NCBI GenBank assembly: GCA_946534895.1
Contig: CAMNDE010000006.1
Location: forward strand, 13,504 to 77,503
Reading direction: 5' to 3'
From: an uncultured Clostridia bacterium
GTDB taxonomy: Bacteria; Bacillota; Clostridia; Christensenellales; Aristaeellaceae
DNA length: 64,000 bases
Shown: positions 46,722-56,332 of the stretch, piece by piece
Layout of the letters: each line of letters starts with the position of its first letter
How positions within the stretch are numbered: position 1 is the first letter of the stretch
Position numbers and translations under genes: made by a program
The notes under the pieces: generated by a model
What the model saw: only the letters and a program-made list of their open reading frames with translations
What the model was told of the DNA's origin: nothing
The model's database searches: none

Positions 46722-46758
46722 GGTTATGGTCAATGGGACCAAAATGGAGAGTGAGATC

Positions 46759-47469
46759 ATGCATGAAGCATTGCAGCCGGAACGGCTGTATGTAACGGTG
46801 GATATTCTGATCCTGTCAGTGCGTGAAGGAAAACTGACGATTCTGCTGTCCAGGAGAAATGATCCGCCGTATGCCAGACGGTGGGCACTGCTGGGCAGGT
46901 TCCTGGGGCTGGATGAATCGATGGAAAGCGCGGTCCGGAAGCTGATGGACGAGATGCTTCCGATCGCCGATCCGTTCATGGAGCAGCTCTATACATTCGC
47001 GGATGTGAACAGGGATCCCCGGGGGCGGGTGATTTCCTCAGCCTACCTGGTGATCCTGCCCTGGCAGCGGCTGAACGCGGAACTGGCAAAGGGGAATACG
47101 CCCCTGAGACCCTATGAGGTCCGGATGGACCGGACAGGGCTGATCCTGAAAGGGGAGGACGGAGAAATCCTGAGAGGAAGCGATCTGGCCTTTGACCACG
47201 GAAGAATTATCGAGACAGGCGTGACCCGGCTGCAGGGAAAGATTGACTATACGGATATCGGATTCCGGTTCCTGAACGATACGGAGGCGTTTTCCCTGAG
47301 CGAACTGCAGACCGTCTTTGAGGCGGTGCTGGACAGGCCATTGGACATAAGCAATTTCAGAAGGTTCATTCTGGGCAGGTATGAGAAGAACGGAAGGATG
47401 GTACAGACAGAGCAGGCGGAGAAAAAGGGAAGAGGCCGCCCGGCGGTTCTGTACAGACTGAAAGACTGA
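46759..47469 (+). CDS. NrtR-like Nudix-related transcriptional regulator
   Basis: Degenerate Nudix box (GRFLGLDESMESAVRKLMDEML) plus a C-terminal wHTH ending GRGRPAVLYRLK. Upstream of pncA-pncB. The start at 46759 follows GGAGAGTGAG. Confidence 0.75.
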   Translation: MHEALQPERLYVTVDILILSVREGKLTILLSRRNDPPYARRWALLGRFLGLDESMESAVRKLMDEMLPIADPFMEQLYTFADVNRDPRGRVISSAYLVILPWQRLNAELAKGNTPLRPYEVRMDRTGLILKGEDGEILRGSDLAFDHGRIIETGVTRLQGKIDYTDIGFRFLNDTEAFSLSELQTVFEAVLDRPLDISNFRRFILGRYEKNGRMVQTEQAEKKGRGRPAVLYRLKD

Positions 47470-47485
47470 ACAGGAGGCGGACAGT

Positions 47486-48031
47486 GTGAAGGAAAAGAAA
47501 TTCCTGATCGTGGTGGACATGCAGAAGGACTTTATTGACGGAGCACTGGGAACAAAGGAAGCGCAGGAAATCGTGGATGCGGCGGCAGCGCGGATCCGCG
47601 CCTGCCGTCAGGCGGGATGGCGGATCATTGCCACCCTGGACACCCATGGGGAAAACTATATGGAAACATTGGAAGGGAAGAATCTTCCTGTGCCGCACTG
47701 CATCCGCGGTACCGAGGGCTGGGCGCTGAATCCCAGGATCCGGGACGCTCTGGGCGATGATGCGCTGCTGGTGGAAAAGCCCACGTTTGGCAGCGTACGG
47801 CTTCCGGAAATCATTGCGGGGGAAGCAGACGGCGAAACGCCGGCCATGGAGCTGATCGGGCTGTGCACGGACATCTGCGTGGTATCCAATGCGCTGCTGC
47901 TGAAAGCCTGTTTCCCGGAGGCGGACATAGCTGTGAATCCCCGGTGCTGCGCCGGAGTGACGCCGGAAAAGCATGCATCTGCGCTGGAAACCATGAAGAG
48001 CTGTCAGATCCGTATGGCATGTGTACAGTGA
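47486..48031 (+). CDS. pncA: nicotinamidase / isochorismatase-family hydrolase
   Basis: 181 aa. FLIVVDMQKDF, and the catalytic Cys in LIGLCTDICV. GTG start after CAGGAGG. Confidence 0.8.
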   Translation: MKEKKFLIVVDMQKDFIDGALGTKEAQEIVDAAAARIRACRQAGWRIIATLDTHGENYMETLEGKNLPVPHCIRGTEGWALNPRIRDALGDDALLVEKPTFGSVRLPEIIAGEADGETPAMELIGLCTDICVVSNALLLKACFPEADIAVNPRCCAGVTPEKHASALETMKSCQIRMACVQ

Positions 48032-48141
48032 AGAAAAAGCGATGGAAGCGCCGGAACCCTGCGCAGACCGGTACGGCTGTGCCATTGTGCGGGAAGAATA
48101 ACTGAACATTATGAAACTGGGAATAAAGGAGAAAACGATCT

Positions 48142-49335
48142 ATGAAACTGGATCCCATCGTCGTATCCCTGCTGGATACGGACCTGTATAAATTCAATAT
48201 GGATCAGGTGATTTTTCACAAGCATACGGACCTGAGCGGAGAATACTACTTCCGCTGCAGGAACGAGGGCGTGACCTTTTCCAGAGAGGTCTTCGATGAA
48301 ATCAACGCCCAGATCGATCATCTGTGCACGCTGACCTTCACAGAGGAGGAACTGGACTATCTGCGGTCCATCCGGTTTATCAAGAACGATTATGTCGAAT
48401 ATCTCCGCCTGTGGCGGCCGATCCGGGACTATGTGGAAACGGAGCTGACCGAGGAGGGTGAGCTCAGAATCGTGGTGCGGGGGCCGCTGTTCTCCGCAAT
48501 GCAGTTTGAGATTTACCTGCTGGAAATCGTGAACGAGGTATACTTCCGGCTGACATATGATTATGAAAAGCTTCTGGCTTCGGCCAGGGAACGGCTGGAA
48601 CAGAAAATCCAGGACTTCCGGGACGGAAAATACACGTTCATTTTTGCTGAGTTCGGCTGCCGCAGACGGCTGAGCCGGGAATGGGAAGACGAGGTGGTGC
48701 GCCGCCTGGCTGCCGAGACGGGCCATTGTATAGGCACATCCAATGTTTATCTGGCGAAAAAGTATAATCTGACGCCGATCGGGACCTATGCGCACGAATT
48801 CGTCCAGATGTATCAGGGAATCGACTCCATCCCCCTGGCCTATACCAACCATTACGCGCTGGAAGACTGGTACGACGAGTACCGCGGCGATAACGGGACG
48901 GCACTGACGGACACTGTGACCACTGATCTGTTCCTGCTGGACTTCAACCGTGCCATGGTCAACAACTTTACTGGCGTGAGGCATGACAGTGGAGATCCCT
49001 ATGCCTGGGGCGAGAAGATGATTGCCCATTACCGGAAGTACGGGGTGGACCCGAAAACAAAGCTTCTGCTGTTCAGTGACAGCCTTGATTTTGACCGTGC
49101 TCAGGCTCTGCATGAATACTTCAGCGACCGTGCGAAGGTTTCTTTCGGGATTGGCACATTCTGCTCCAACGATACATGCGAGAAGGCACTGAACATTGTG
49201 ATCAAGCTGCAGACGGTGAACGGCCGGGCTGTGGCGAAGCTGTCCGATACGCCCGGCAAGGCCATGTGCCGCGACGCAGACTATCTGGAATATCTGAAAC
49301 GTTCCGTGGCGTTCCGGCTGAACAGGGAAAAGTGA
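48142..49335 (+). CDS. pncB: nicotinate phosphoribosyltransferase
   Basis: 397 aa. N-terminus LLDTDLYKFNM, plus GTYAHEFVQ and GVRHDSGDP blocks. Confidence 0.9.
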   Translation: MKLDPIVVSLLDTDLYKFNMDQVIFHKHTDLSGEYYFRCRNEGVTFSREVFDEINAQIDHLCTLTFTEEELDYLRSIRFIKNDYVEYLRLWRPIRDYVETELTEEGELRIVVRGPLFSAMQFEIYLLEIVNEVYFRLTYDYEKLLASARERLEQKIQDFRDGKYTFIFAEFGCRRRLSREWEDEVVRRLAAETGHCIGTSNVYLAKKYNLTPIGTYAHEFVQMYQGIDSIPLAYTNHYALEDWYDEYRGDNGTALTDTVTTDLFLLDFNRAMVNNFTGVRHDSGDPYAWGEKMIAHYRKYGVDPKTKLLLFSDSLDFDRAQALHEYFSDRAKVSFGIGTFCSNDTCEKALNIVIKLQTVNGRAVAKLSDTPGKAMCRDADYLEYLKRSVAFRLNREK

Positions 49336-49410
49336 GCGGCAGGTTTGCTGCATCAGCACCGATCACGCATCTGAACGGGAGAGCGGGTAAACGGTGCGAA
49401 AGCCAATAAA

Positions 49411-49476
49411 AAGAAGAGCAGGAATCATCTGAACCATTTATCGTTCGGACAGATCCTGTTCTTCTTATTTCTTTTC
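49411..49476 (+). terminator. long-stem terminator after pncB
   Basis: AAGAAGAGCAGGA(49411-49423)/TCCTGTTCTTCTT(49454-49466), then ATTTCTTTTC. Confidence 0.5.
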
Positions 49477-49575
49477 ATAATGCAGTAACTTCTGCTTCAT
49501 GATGGTTACCAAGCGATAGCGATACAAGATTTTTCGGAATCTATTGACAAACCGACGGAAGAAGAATAAATTATA

Positions 49576-49589
49576 TACGCAAGCGGTTG
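49576..49589. promoter_or_regulatory. LacI-family operator / cre-like imperfect palindrome
   Basis: CGCAAGCGGTTGCA (10 of 14 positions symmetric) just downstream of TTGACA at 49544-49549 and upstream of the LacI gene. Confidence 0.3.
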
Positions 49590-49617
49590 CATAAAATACG
49601 ATGGAGGTGGATGAGGT

Positions 49618-50610
49618 ATGGCTGTTACGATTCACGATGTGGCCAAGTTGGCCGGTGTCAATTCATCCACCGTTTCCCGGGTCATCAACGGAAAAGCCAC
49701 GATCACACCCGACACAAAGGCACGGGTCTTTGCGGCCATGCGGGAACTGGATTACCACCCCAACTCTCTGGCGCGCAGCCTGGCCAGCGGCCTGAGCGGC
49801 GCGATTGGCGTGGTGGTCAACGCCCGTGATGCTGAAGCCTTCAGCAATGTGTTTTTCAGCCGAAGTCTGTTTGCGATTGAACAGGCAGCGCAGGCCCGCG
49901 GGTATCAGGTGATTATTGCCAACGGCGCGCAAAGCCGGGGCAGCACCATAGAAAACCTGATGAAGGAGCATAAGGTGGACGGACTGATTCTGCCCCCCAC
50001 TACGGTGAAGCCTGCCCTGATGGATACAATCGGTGATTTTCCCTATGTGGTGCTCGGCACACCGGATACACTGCGCAGTGAAACATGCTGGGTAGACAAT
50101 AACAATGAACAGGGGGCCGAGATGGCTGTCCGGCATTTGCAGAAGCAGGGATACCAGCGTATTGCCTATCTGGGCGGACATCTGAAACGGGGTTTTACCA
50201 AGCGCCGTATCCGGGGCTACCAGAATGCCAATATCGGAACGGAAACCATCCTGACAACCGATGGCACCGCGGAAAATGCCTGTATGCTGGCAACCGAGGA
50301 ACTGAAAAAGTCAGATCACTGCGATGCCTTTGTCTGCAATGACAATCTGGCAGCTTTTGGTCTGCTGAAAGCCTGCAGGGCACAGCATCTGTCTGTGCCT
50401 CAGGAAATCGGGATTGTGGCTTTTGATAATTATCCTCTGGCTGAATACATGGATCCGCCGCTGACCATTGTGGATATTGATACCGCCATGCTGGGTGAAC
50501 AGTCTGCTCAGCTTCTTTTCCGGCGCATTGAAAACAAGGTGGGGAATCAGCAGATTATGCTGTCCGCAAATCTGGTTGTCAGAGCTTCATCAGAGAGGAA
50601 GGCGAAATAA
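49618..50610 (+). CDS. LacI-family transcriptional regulator
   Basis: N-terminal HTH VTIHDVAKLAGVNSSTVSRVING plus a periplasmic-binding-fold sensor. Confidence 0.9.
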   Translation: MAVTIHDVAKLAGVNSSTVSRVINGKATITPDTKARVFAAMRELDYHPNSLARSLASGLSGAIGVVVNARDAEAFSNVFFSRSLFAIEQAAQARGYQVIIANGAQSRGSTIENLMKEHKVDGLILPPTTVKPALMDTIGDFPYVVLGTPDTLRSETCWVDNNNEQGAEMAVRHLQKQGYQRIAYLGGHLKRGFTKRRIRGYQNANIGTETILTTDGTAENACMLATEELKKSDHCDAFVCNDNLAAFGLLKACRAQHLSVPQEIGIVAFDNYPLAEYMDPPLTIVDIDTAMLGEQSAQLLFRRIENKVGNQQIMLSANLVVRASSERKAK

Positions 50611-52275
50611 ATGAACAAGTCTGCCGTAAGGCACCTTTCTTTTTACCCCTTTGTGCAAGCGCTTGCACGAATGAAGGCTCGTTTTATGCTGGAATCCGCA
50701 GCCGGTGATCTGATCGCCTGTGAACTGGTGTGGTGGAAGCGCAGCACGCCCGAAGAACAGCATGCGGTGTCCATGCATGTTGCCATCAGCAACCGGTGTA
50801 CGGATCAGTGGCAGGCGGAAGTAAGCTTTCAGGAGGAAGTACACTATATCAAGTATGGATTCCGGTTGACCGATCAGGCAGGAAATACCTTCTGGTATAA
50901 CGCTTACGGCTTTCATGGGGCAGATACGCCCGAAGGCAGCTTTGAGATACTGCAGATCAATAAAACCGACGTGCTGCGGGTTCCTGCCTGGAGCCAGGGC
51001 TGCATTTACTATCAGATTTTCCCGGAGCGCTTTGCGAAATCCGGGAAGATCCGGGGTCCTTTTGACGCATGGGACGCCGAGCCTACCCGAGAAAACTTTC
51101 TGGGAGGCGATTTGCGCGGCATTATTGAGCGTCTGCCGTATCTGAATGATCTGGGGATCGAATGCATATATCTGAATCCCATCTTTTTGGGGGATTTCAA
51201 TCACAAGTACGCAACCACGGATTATTTCAAGGTTGATCCCATGTTCGGCACGGAACCCGATCTGATGGAGCTGGTGGAAAAAGCACACTGTCTGGGCATT
51301 CGCGTGATTCTGGACGGCGTGTTTAACCATGTGGGCATACATTTTGCACCTTTCCTGGACTTTATGGAGAAGGGCGAAAAAAGCGCGTACCGGGACTGGT
51401 TCTATCCCAAGCGGTATCCCATCCGGATTGATTCTGCCTGCTATGAGTGCGTGGGTGACTATCCCTACATGCCGCGGCTTAACGGAGCAAATCCGGAAGT
51501 GAGAGGCTATGTCCAGAAAGTGCTGCTGTACTGGCTGGAGCACGCGCATATTGACGGCTGGCGTTTTGATGTGGCGGATGAACTTGACCGGCATGCGGTC
51601 ACCATCTGGCGTGAAGCAGTGAAGCGCTGTTATCCCGATGCCCTGATCCTGGCCGAAACCTGGGGAAATGCCTCCCGGCTCCTGGGACCGGACGGTTTTG
51701 ACAGCGCCATGAATTACCTGTTCCGTGACGCTGTGATTGATTTCTTTGCGAAGGGCACGATTACGGCCCGGCAGTTTCAGGATCGCCTGGACAGCATGCT
51801 GATGGACTATCCCGAAGAGATCAATCTGTCCATGTATAACCTGATGGGCAGCCACGATACCGCGCGTTTCCTGACGGAATCCGGGGATGAGGTCTGGCGG
51901 CTGCGGCTTGCCATGGCATTCCAGATGCTGTTTCCCGGGGCGCCTGCCATCTATTACGGCGATGAACTGGGGATGACCGGGGAAAACGATCCGGGCTGCC
52001 GGGGAGGAATGGCATGGGATGCACCGGATGAGGCGCTGCATGCATGGCAGAAGGAAATGATTGCCCTGCGGAAAAGGCACAAGTGCCTTCGAACAGGCAC
52101 ATACCGCGTCCTGACTGCAGATGATACCCTGTTTGCCCTGCAGCGGGCCGATGAAAATGACCGTGTGACTGCTGTCTTCAACACCGGCGATGCATCACAG
52201 ACTTTGGACTTGACGGAGGTGGAGGAACCTGTGCACATTCCGCCGCATTCCGTAAAGATCATAGAAAGACCATGA
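50611..52275 (+). CDS. GH13 alpha-glycosidase (neopullulanase/cyclomaltodextrinase-like)
   Basis: GH13 regions DGVFNHV, GWRFDVADE, LAETWG and MGSHDTAR. ATG immediately follows the LacI stop. Confidence 0.9.
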   Translation: MNKSAVRHLSFYPFVQALARMKARFMLESAAGDLIACELVWWKRSTPEEQHAVSMHVAISNRCTDQWQAEVSFQEEVHYIKYGFRLTDQAGNTFWYNAYGFHGADTPEGSFEILQINKTDVLRVPAWSQGCIYYQIFPERFAKSGKIRGPFDAWDAEPTRENFLGGDLRGIIERLPYLNDLGIECIYLNPIFLGDFNHKYATTDYFKVDPMFGTEPDLMELVEKAHCLGIRVILDGVFNHVGIHFAPFLDFMEKGEKSAYRDWFYPKRYPIRIDSACYECVGDYPYMPRLNGANPEVRGYVQKVLLYWLEHAHIDGWRFDVADELDRHAVTIWREAVKRCYPDALILAETWGNASRLLGPDGFDSAMNYLFRDAVIDFFAKGTITARQFQDRLDSMLMDYPEEINLSMYNLMGSHDTARFLTESGDEVWRLRLAMAFQMLFPGAPAIYYGDELGMTGENDPGCRGGMAWDAPDEALHAWQKEMIALRKRHKCLRTGTYRVLTADDTLFALQRADENDRVTAVFNTGDASQTLDLTEVEEPVHIPPHSVKIIERP

Positions 52276-52287
52276 GGAGGAAGAAAA

Positions 52288-53532
52288 ATGCGTACCTTCA
52301 CAAGAATGCTGACTCTTTTGCTTGCGTGCATGATGCTCGCAGCCATCTGCCCGGCCATGGCCGAGGATCAGACCGTGACCATTAACTTCTGGCACCACTA
52401 CAGTGCCCAGTCCGCCGAGAACGAAACCCTGATGAATGTACTGATCCCTGCCTTTGAGGCAGAAAACCCCGGTATCAAGGTGAATGCTGTTTCCCACGAG
52501 TGGGCTGAGCTCCATGACAAGGTTCTGGTCAGCGCAAATTCCAATGCCCTGCCGGATGTGGCCCGCTGCGATATTGCCTGGCTTCCTGAGTTTCAGAAAA
52601 TGGGCATTCTGGTGGCCCTGGATGAAGAAATGGCTGACTTCACCAGCGTCAGCGGACAGCTGCTGGACAGCGCCATGTCCACTGCAGTCATTGGCGGTCA
52701 TTACTATGCGCTGGCTCTGAACACGAACAGCAAAATTGTGTTCTACAATACCGACATGCTGGAAGCTGCCGGCGTGGAAGTGCCTGCCACCATGGATGAG
52801 TGGGCGGAAGCGATCAGAAAGCTCTCTGGTGAGAACGCCAACGGGCAGCAGGTTTGGGGCTGGAACGAGCCCGCTCTGGCCGGCTGGAACATCTGCCCCT
52901 TTATCTGGAGCTTCGGCGGCAGCCTGACCAATGAGGATCAGACCGTGGCTACCGGGTATATCAACAGTCCTGCTACCGTGAAGGCCATCGAGACGTTTGC
53001 CGAGCTTGTGAAGGCTGGCTGCATCACCGGATTCAATGCCGGCGATATCCCCATGACCGATGGCTTCGGCACCGGACGTTATGCCATGATGCTGGAAGGC
53101 CCCTGGAAGTCTGCGGAGCTGGCTGGTGCCTATCCCGATGTGGCCTATGGCACCGCGCCTATTCCCGCCGGTGAAGGCGGCAGCGTTTCCGTGCTGGGCG
53201 GTGAGGACATTGCCATGTTCAATTCTGCCAATAAGGAAGCCGCATGGAAATTCATGCAGTTCATGACCAGTGAATACGCTGAGACCGAAATGGCCAAGTG
53301 CGGCCAGATCCCTGTGAACAAGGCTGCTCTGGAAAGCGAAACTGTCAAGGCCGCTGATTATGCCCCCTTCATCGAGGCAATCAGGACTGCGAAAGCCCGT
53401 CCCACTGTGGCGGCATGGAGCGAAATGGACAATGATCTGCAGGTGGCTATGAACGCTGTAGTCACGGGCGAAAAGACTGCACAGGAAGCAATGGATGAAC
53501 TTGCCGCGTCCTGGGATACTCTTCTGAAGTAA
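52288..53532 (+). CDS. sugar ABC transporter substrate-binding protein
   Basis: 414 aa, signal peptide, MalE-like family-1 SBP. Confidence 0.9.
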   Translation: MRTFTRMLTLLLACMMLAAICPAMAEDQTVTINFWHHYSAQSAENETLMNVLIPAFEAENPGIKVNAVSHEWAELHDKVLVSANSNALPDVARCDIAWLPEFQKMGILVALDEEMADFTSVSGQLLDSAMSTAVIGGHYYALALNTNSKIVFYNTDMLEAAGVEVPATMDEWAEAIRKLSGENANGQQVWGWNEPALAGWNICPFIWSFGGSLTNEDQTVATGYINSPATVKAIETFAELVKAGCITGFNAGDIPMTDGFGTGRYAMMLEGPWKSAELAGAYPDVAYGTAPIPAGEGGSVSVLGGEDIAMFNSANKEAAWKFMQFMTSEYAETEMAKCGQIPVNKAALESETVKAADYAPFIEAIRTAKARPTVAAWSEMDNDLQVAMNAVVTGEKTAQEAMDELAASWDTLLK

Positions 53533-53538
53533 AAAAGC

Positions 53539-53572
53539 CAGGCGGGGACAGGAATCATCCTGCCCCCGCCTG
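53539..53572 (+). promoter_or_regulatory. intercistronic stem-loop after the SBP gene
   Basis: 14-bp stem CAGGCGGGGACAGG/CCTGCCCCCGCCTG (1 mismatch) with a 6-nt loop. No U-tract. Confidence 0.5.
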
Positions 53573-53589
53573 TCAGGGAGTGTGGATAT

Positions 53590-54474
53590 ATGATTACGAA
53601 ATCTCGTATCAATCGGGTGCAGATCATAGGACTGCTGCTGCCGGGACTGCTCGTTTTTGGACTGTTTACCGTCTATCCGATCATCCGCCTGTTCTGGATG
53701 AGCCTGTGCGATATGAGTTTTTCTTCCATGCTCATTCAGCCCTTTGCAGGAATCATGAACTACCGGGAAGTGTTCAGTGACTCCACTTTCTGGACGGTTT
53801 TCGTCAACAGCATAGTGTATACGCTCATCACGGTACCCGGCCAGATGGCGCTGGGTCTCTTTGTTGCTGTCCTGCTGAACGGCATCAGGCGTTTCAGCGT
53901 CACTTTCCGGGTGATCAACTACCTGCCGGTGGTAACCTCCTGGGTGATTGCCTCTCTGGTTTTCCGCTACATTTTCAACACGGAAGGCCTGCTCAATTAT
54001 TTCTTATGGAAAATCATCGGTGTCACATCCGGCAATATCCGCTGGCTGGATACCCGCTGGAGTGGATTGTCGGTTGCCATGATTCTGGGGATATGGAAGG
54101 GTATTGGCTGGAACATGGTGATTTTTCTGGCTGCCTTGCAGCAGGTGCCTCAGGATCTGTATGAGGCTGCGGAGATCGACGGCTGCGGAACCTGGAAAAA
54201 GTTTGTAAATGTCACACTGCCCGCTATCCGGGGAACCATCCTGTTCGCCCTGATCGAGCTGACCATCGGCGGATTCAATGTGTTTACTTCTATCAAAATG
54301 ATCACTGGCGGAAAACCTGCCCATCAGACAGATACATTGCTGACCTGGATGTATTACAAGGCATTCAGTACGGGAAAATTCGGCTATGCGGCGGCGCTCA
54401 GTTTTGTGATGGCTCTGTCCCTGGGGCTTCTGGCCATCGTGCAGTTCCGTATGATGCGAAGCAGAGATGCGTAA
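53590..54474 (+). CDS. sugar ABC transporter permease (MalF-like)
   Basis: 294 aa, with the EAA-loop YEAAEIDGCGTWKKFVNVTLP. Confidence 0.9.
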   Translation: MITKSRINRVQIIGLLLPGLLVFGLFTVYPIIRLFWMSLCDMSFSSMLIQPFAGIMNYREVFSDSTFWTVFVNSIVYTLITVPGQMALGLFVAVLLNGIRRFSVTFRVINYLPVVTSWVIASLVFRYIFNTEGLLNYFLWKIIGVTSGNIRWLDTRWSGLSVAMILGIWKGIGWNMVIFLAALQQVPQDLYEAAEIDGCGTWKKFVNVTLPAIRGTILFALIELTIGGFNVFTSIKMITGGKPAHQTDTLLTWMYYKAFSTGKFGYAAALSFVMALSLGLLAIVQFRMMRSRDA

Positions 54475-54487
54475 GGAGGATGGCAAA

Positions 54488-55339
54488 ATGAAAAGCAGAA
54501 ATGCCATAAGGATACGAGCTGCTGTCGTCCGTTATCTGCTGCTGGCTGTGGGTACTGTAATTTTCACTCTGCCCATGATCTATATGATATCGACTTCTCT
54601 GCGGCCCAACGGCGCGCTTTATGAATATCCGCCGCGCTTCTTCCCGAAGTGGGAAGCGCTGACACTGGAAAACTACGATTATATTCTGCATCAGAGCAAG
54701 TTTTATCTGAACTTCCTTAACTCTGTGATGGTTTCCGTTTCCACCATCACGCTTGCAGCGCTGGTGGGTTCCGCCATGGCATTCGTGCTTGGCAAGTTCA
54801 AATCAAAAGGCACGAACCTTCTGTTCGCGTTCATCATTATCACCATGATCATTCCGGGCACCACCATGATTGTGCCGCAGTTTGAACTGGCCACCAAGCT
54901 GGGCATGGTCAACAAGCTGTGGGGACTGATTCCGTTCTATGTAGCCTGGGTGATTCCGTTCTCGACATTCATGATCAAGGGCTTTATGGAGAACATTCCC
55001 GGCGAGATCATGGAAGCAACCTGGATTGACGGGGCGGATGTGTGGACGGTGTATACGAAGATTGCCATGCCGCTGGCTTCACCGGCAATTGCTTCGGTCA
55101 GCATTTTCAATTTCCTGACCGCATGGGAGGAATATCCATGGGCCAATACCGTCATCAATGACAACAGTAAACGCACATTACCCATTGCCATTGCCGGATT
55201 CTTTGGTCAGCATCAGTTTACTCAATGGGGCTACGTCTTCGCCATGTCCGTGCTGACGCTGATCCCTGTGGTGCTGATTTTCATCCTGTGTCAGAAGTTT
55301 TTTGTGCAGGGGCTGACGGCGGGCAGCGTAAAGGGATGA
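54488..55339 (+). CDS. carbohydrate ABC transporter permease (MalG-like)
   Basis: The ATG at 54488 lies 7 nt after AAGGAGGA. EAA-loop MEATWIDGADVWTVYTKIAMP. Confidence 0.9.
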   Translation: MKSRNAIRIRAAVVRYLLLAVGTVIFTLPMIYMISTSLRPNGALYEYPPRFFPKWEALTLENYDYILHQSKFYLNFLNSVMVSVSTITLAALVGSAMAFVLGKFKSKGTNLLFAFIIITMIIPGTTMIVPQFELATKLGMVNKLWGLIPFYVAWVIPFSTFMIKGFMENIPGEIMEATWIDGADVWTVYTKIAMPLASPAIASVSIFNFLTAWEEYPWANTVINDNSKRTLPIAIAGFFGQHQFTQWGYVFAMSVLTLIPVVLIFILCQKFFVQGLTAGSVKG

Positions 55340-55537
55340 CCTTGTGACAGCAAGATGCAATGCAAAGCAGGCGCAGATGACTTCTGTTTCCAAATCATTT
55401 TCACTGACAATCAGATCTGTTCTGTCCTGGACAGCTTTTCGTAAGGGTCTGTTCTGCTTTTCAGAACAGATCGGGCTCACAGAAAAAAGAGGGAAGCCTG
55501 TTTCACTTCTCATCCTCAATTTCAATGATCAGTTTTT

Positions 55538-55574
55538 GAGCGGGATAAGCACTGCTTTCCCGCTCCTTTTGTGT
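55538..55574 (+). terminator. intrinsic terminator about 200 nt after the maltodextrin operon
   Basis: GAGCGGGA(55538-55545)/TCCCGCTC(55558-55565), then CTTTTGTGT. Confidence 0.45.
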
Positions 55575-55663
55575 ATACGGATGACCAGACTTACATTCAA
55601 GAGCGGCGTCACGGCAGAAATGCGATCAGGGCCTGTAAGAATCTTTCGCAGAGCGGGAGCAGT

Positions 55664-56296
55664 TCAGCAAAGTCCAAATATTCTCTCAGCCAGTGTCAGT
55701 GTTTCTGTTACGTTCCTGCTCTCATCCCGGAGGATCACCGGGAAACCGGAGTGCAGGAAGCGCTCATACCGTTCCCGGGAGTTGATTCGTGCAAGGCCAT
55801 GCCGATAGTTTTCCATGGCGGCTTCCGGGTCCGGTTCCTCCATAATCAGGCGGTAGAGGAACTGCTTTTCACGGTCCGGGCGCTCAAAGAACCGGCGAAC
55901 GGAGATTTCCGGGTCAGCCAGCATGATCAGTACGTGGCCGGGAGCAGCGATCTCCCGCAGGGTTTTCAGGGAGATGTTGGTGTCCACAAAGACCGGCCTG
56001 CCCTGAGCCGCTGCTTCCGGGAGGAGGCGCAGTTCCAGTGTTTCACACTCCATGGCGACATTGTCAAACCATGTTTCGTATGCTTCCGGCGTCCTGCGGA
56101 TGAAATCATGCCAGTCTTCCAGATCCCTGGTATAGGTCAGATTGGGAAATTCCTCCCTGCTCAGTTCCGGCAGCAGCTGGTCATGGTAATTCTCTCCGCA
56201 TTCGATGCCGTCATATTTTTCCGCCAGCAGGTGAACCATGGTGGATTTCCCGGCATAGGCGGTGCCGGTAATGAAGTATGCATTCTCAAATCTCAT
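55664..56296 (-). CDS. P-loop NTPase / small-molecule kinase-like protein
   Basis: 210 aa with Walker A GTAYAGKST. No closer family recognised. Confidence 0.7.
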   Translation of the reverse strand: MRFENAYFITGTAYAGKSTMVHLLAEKYDGIECGENYHDQLLPELSREEFPNLTYTRDLEDWHDFIRRTPEAYETWFDNVAMECETLELRLLPEAAAQGRPVFVDTNISLKTLREIAAPGHVLIMLADPEISVRRFFERPDREKQFLYRLIMEEPDPEAAMENYRHGLARINSRERYERFLHSGFPVILRDESRNVTETLTLAERIFGLC

Positions 56297-56332
56297 AGAA
56301 TTCCCTCAAGCTGTTTTCCGCAGGATCAGCCA

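Noticed and set aside
46669-46744. Inverted repeats flanking a promoter, considered as a phase-variable inverton.
   Set aside because: The invertible segment would be only 38 bp and no site-specific recombinase is encoded in the window. An operator interpretation is preferred.
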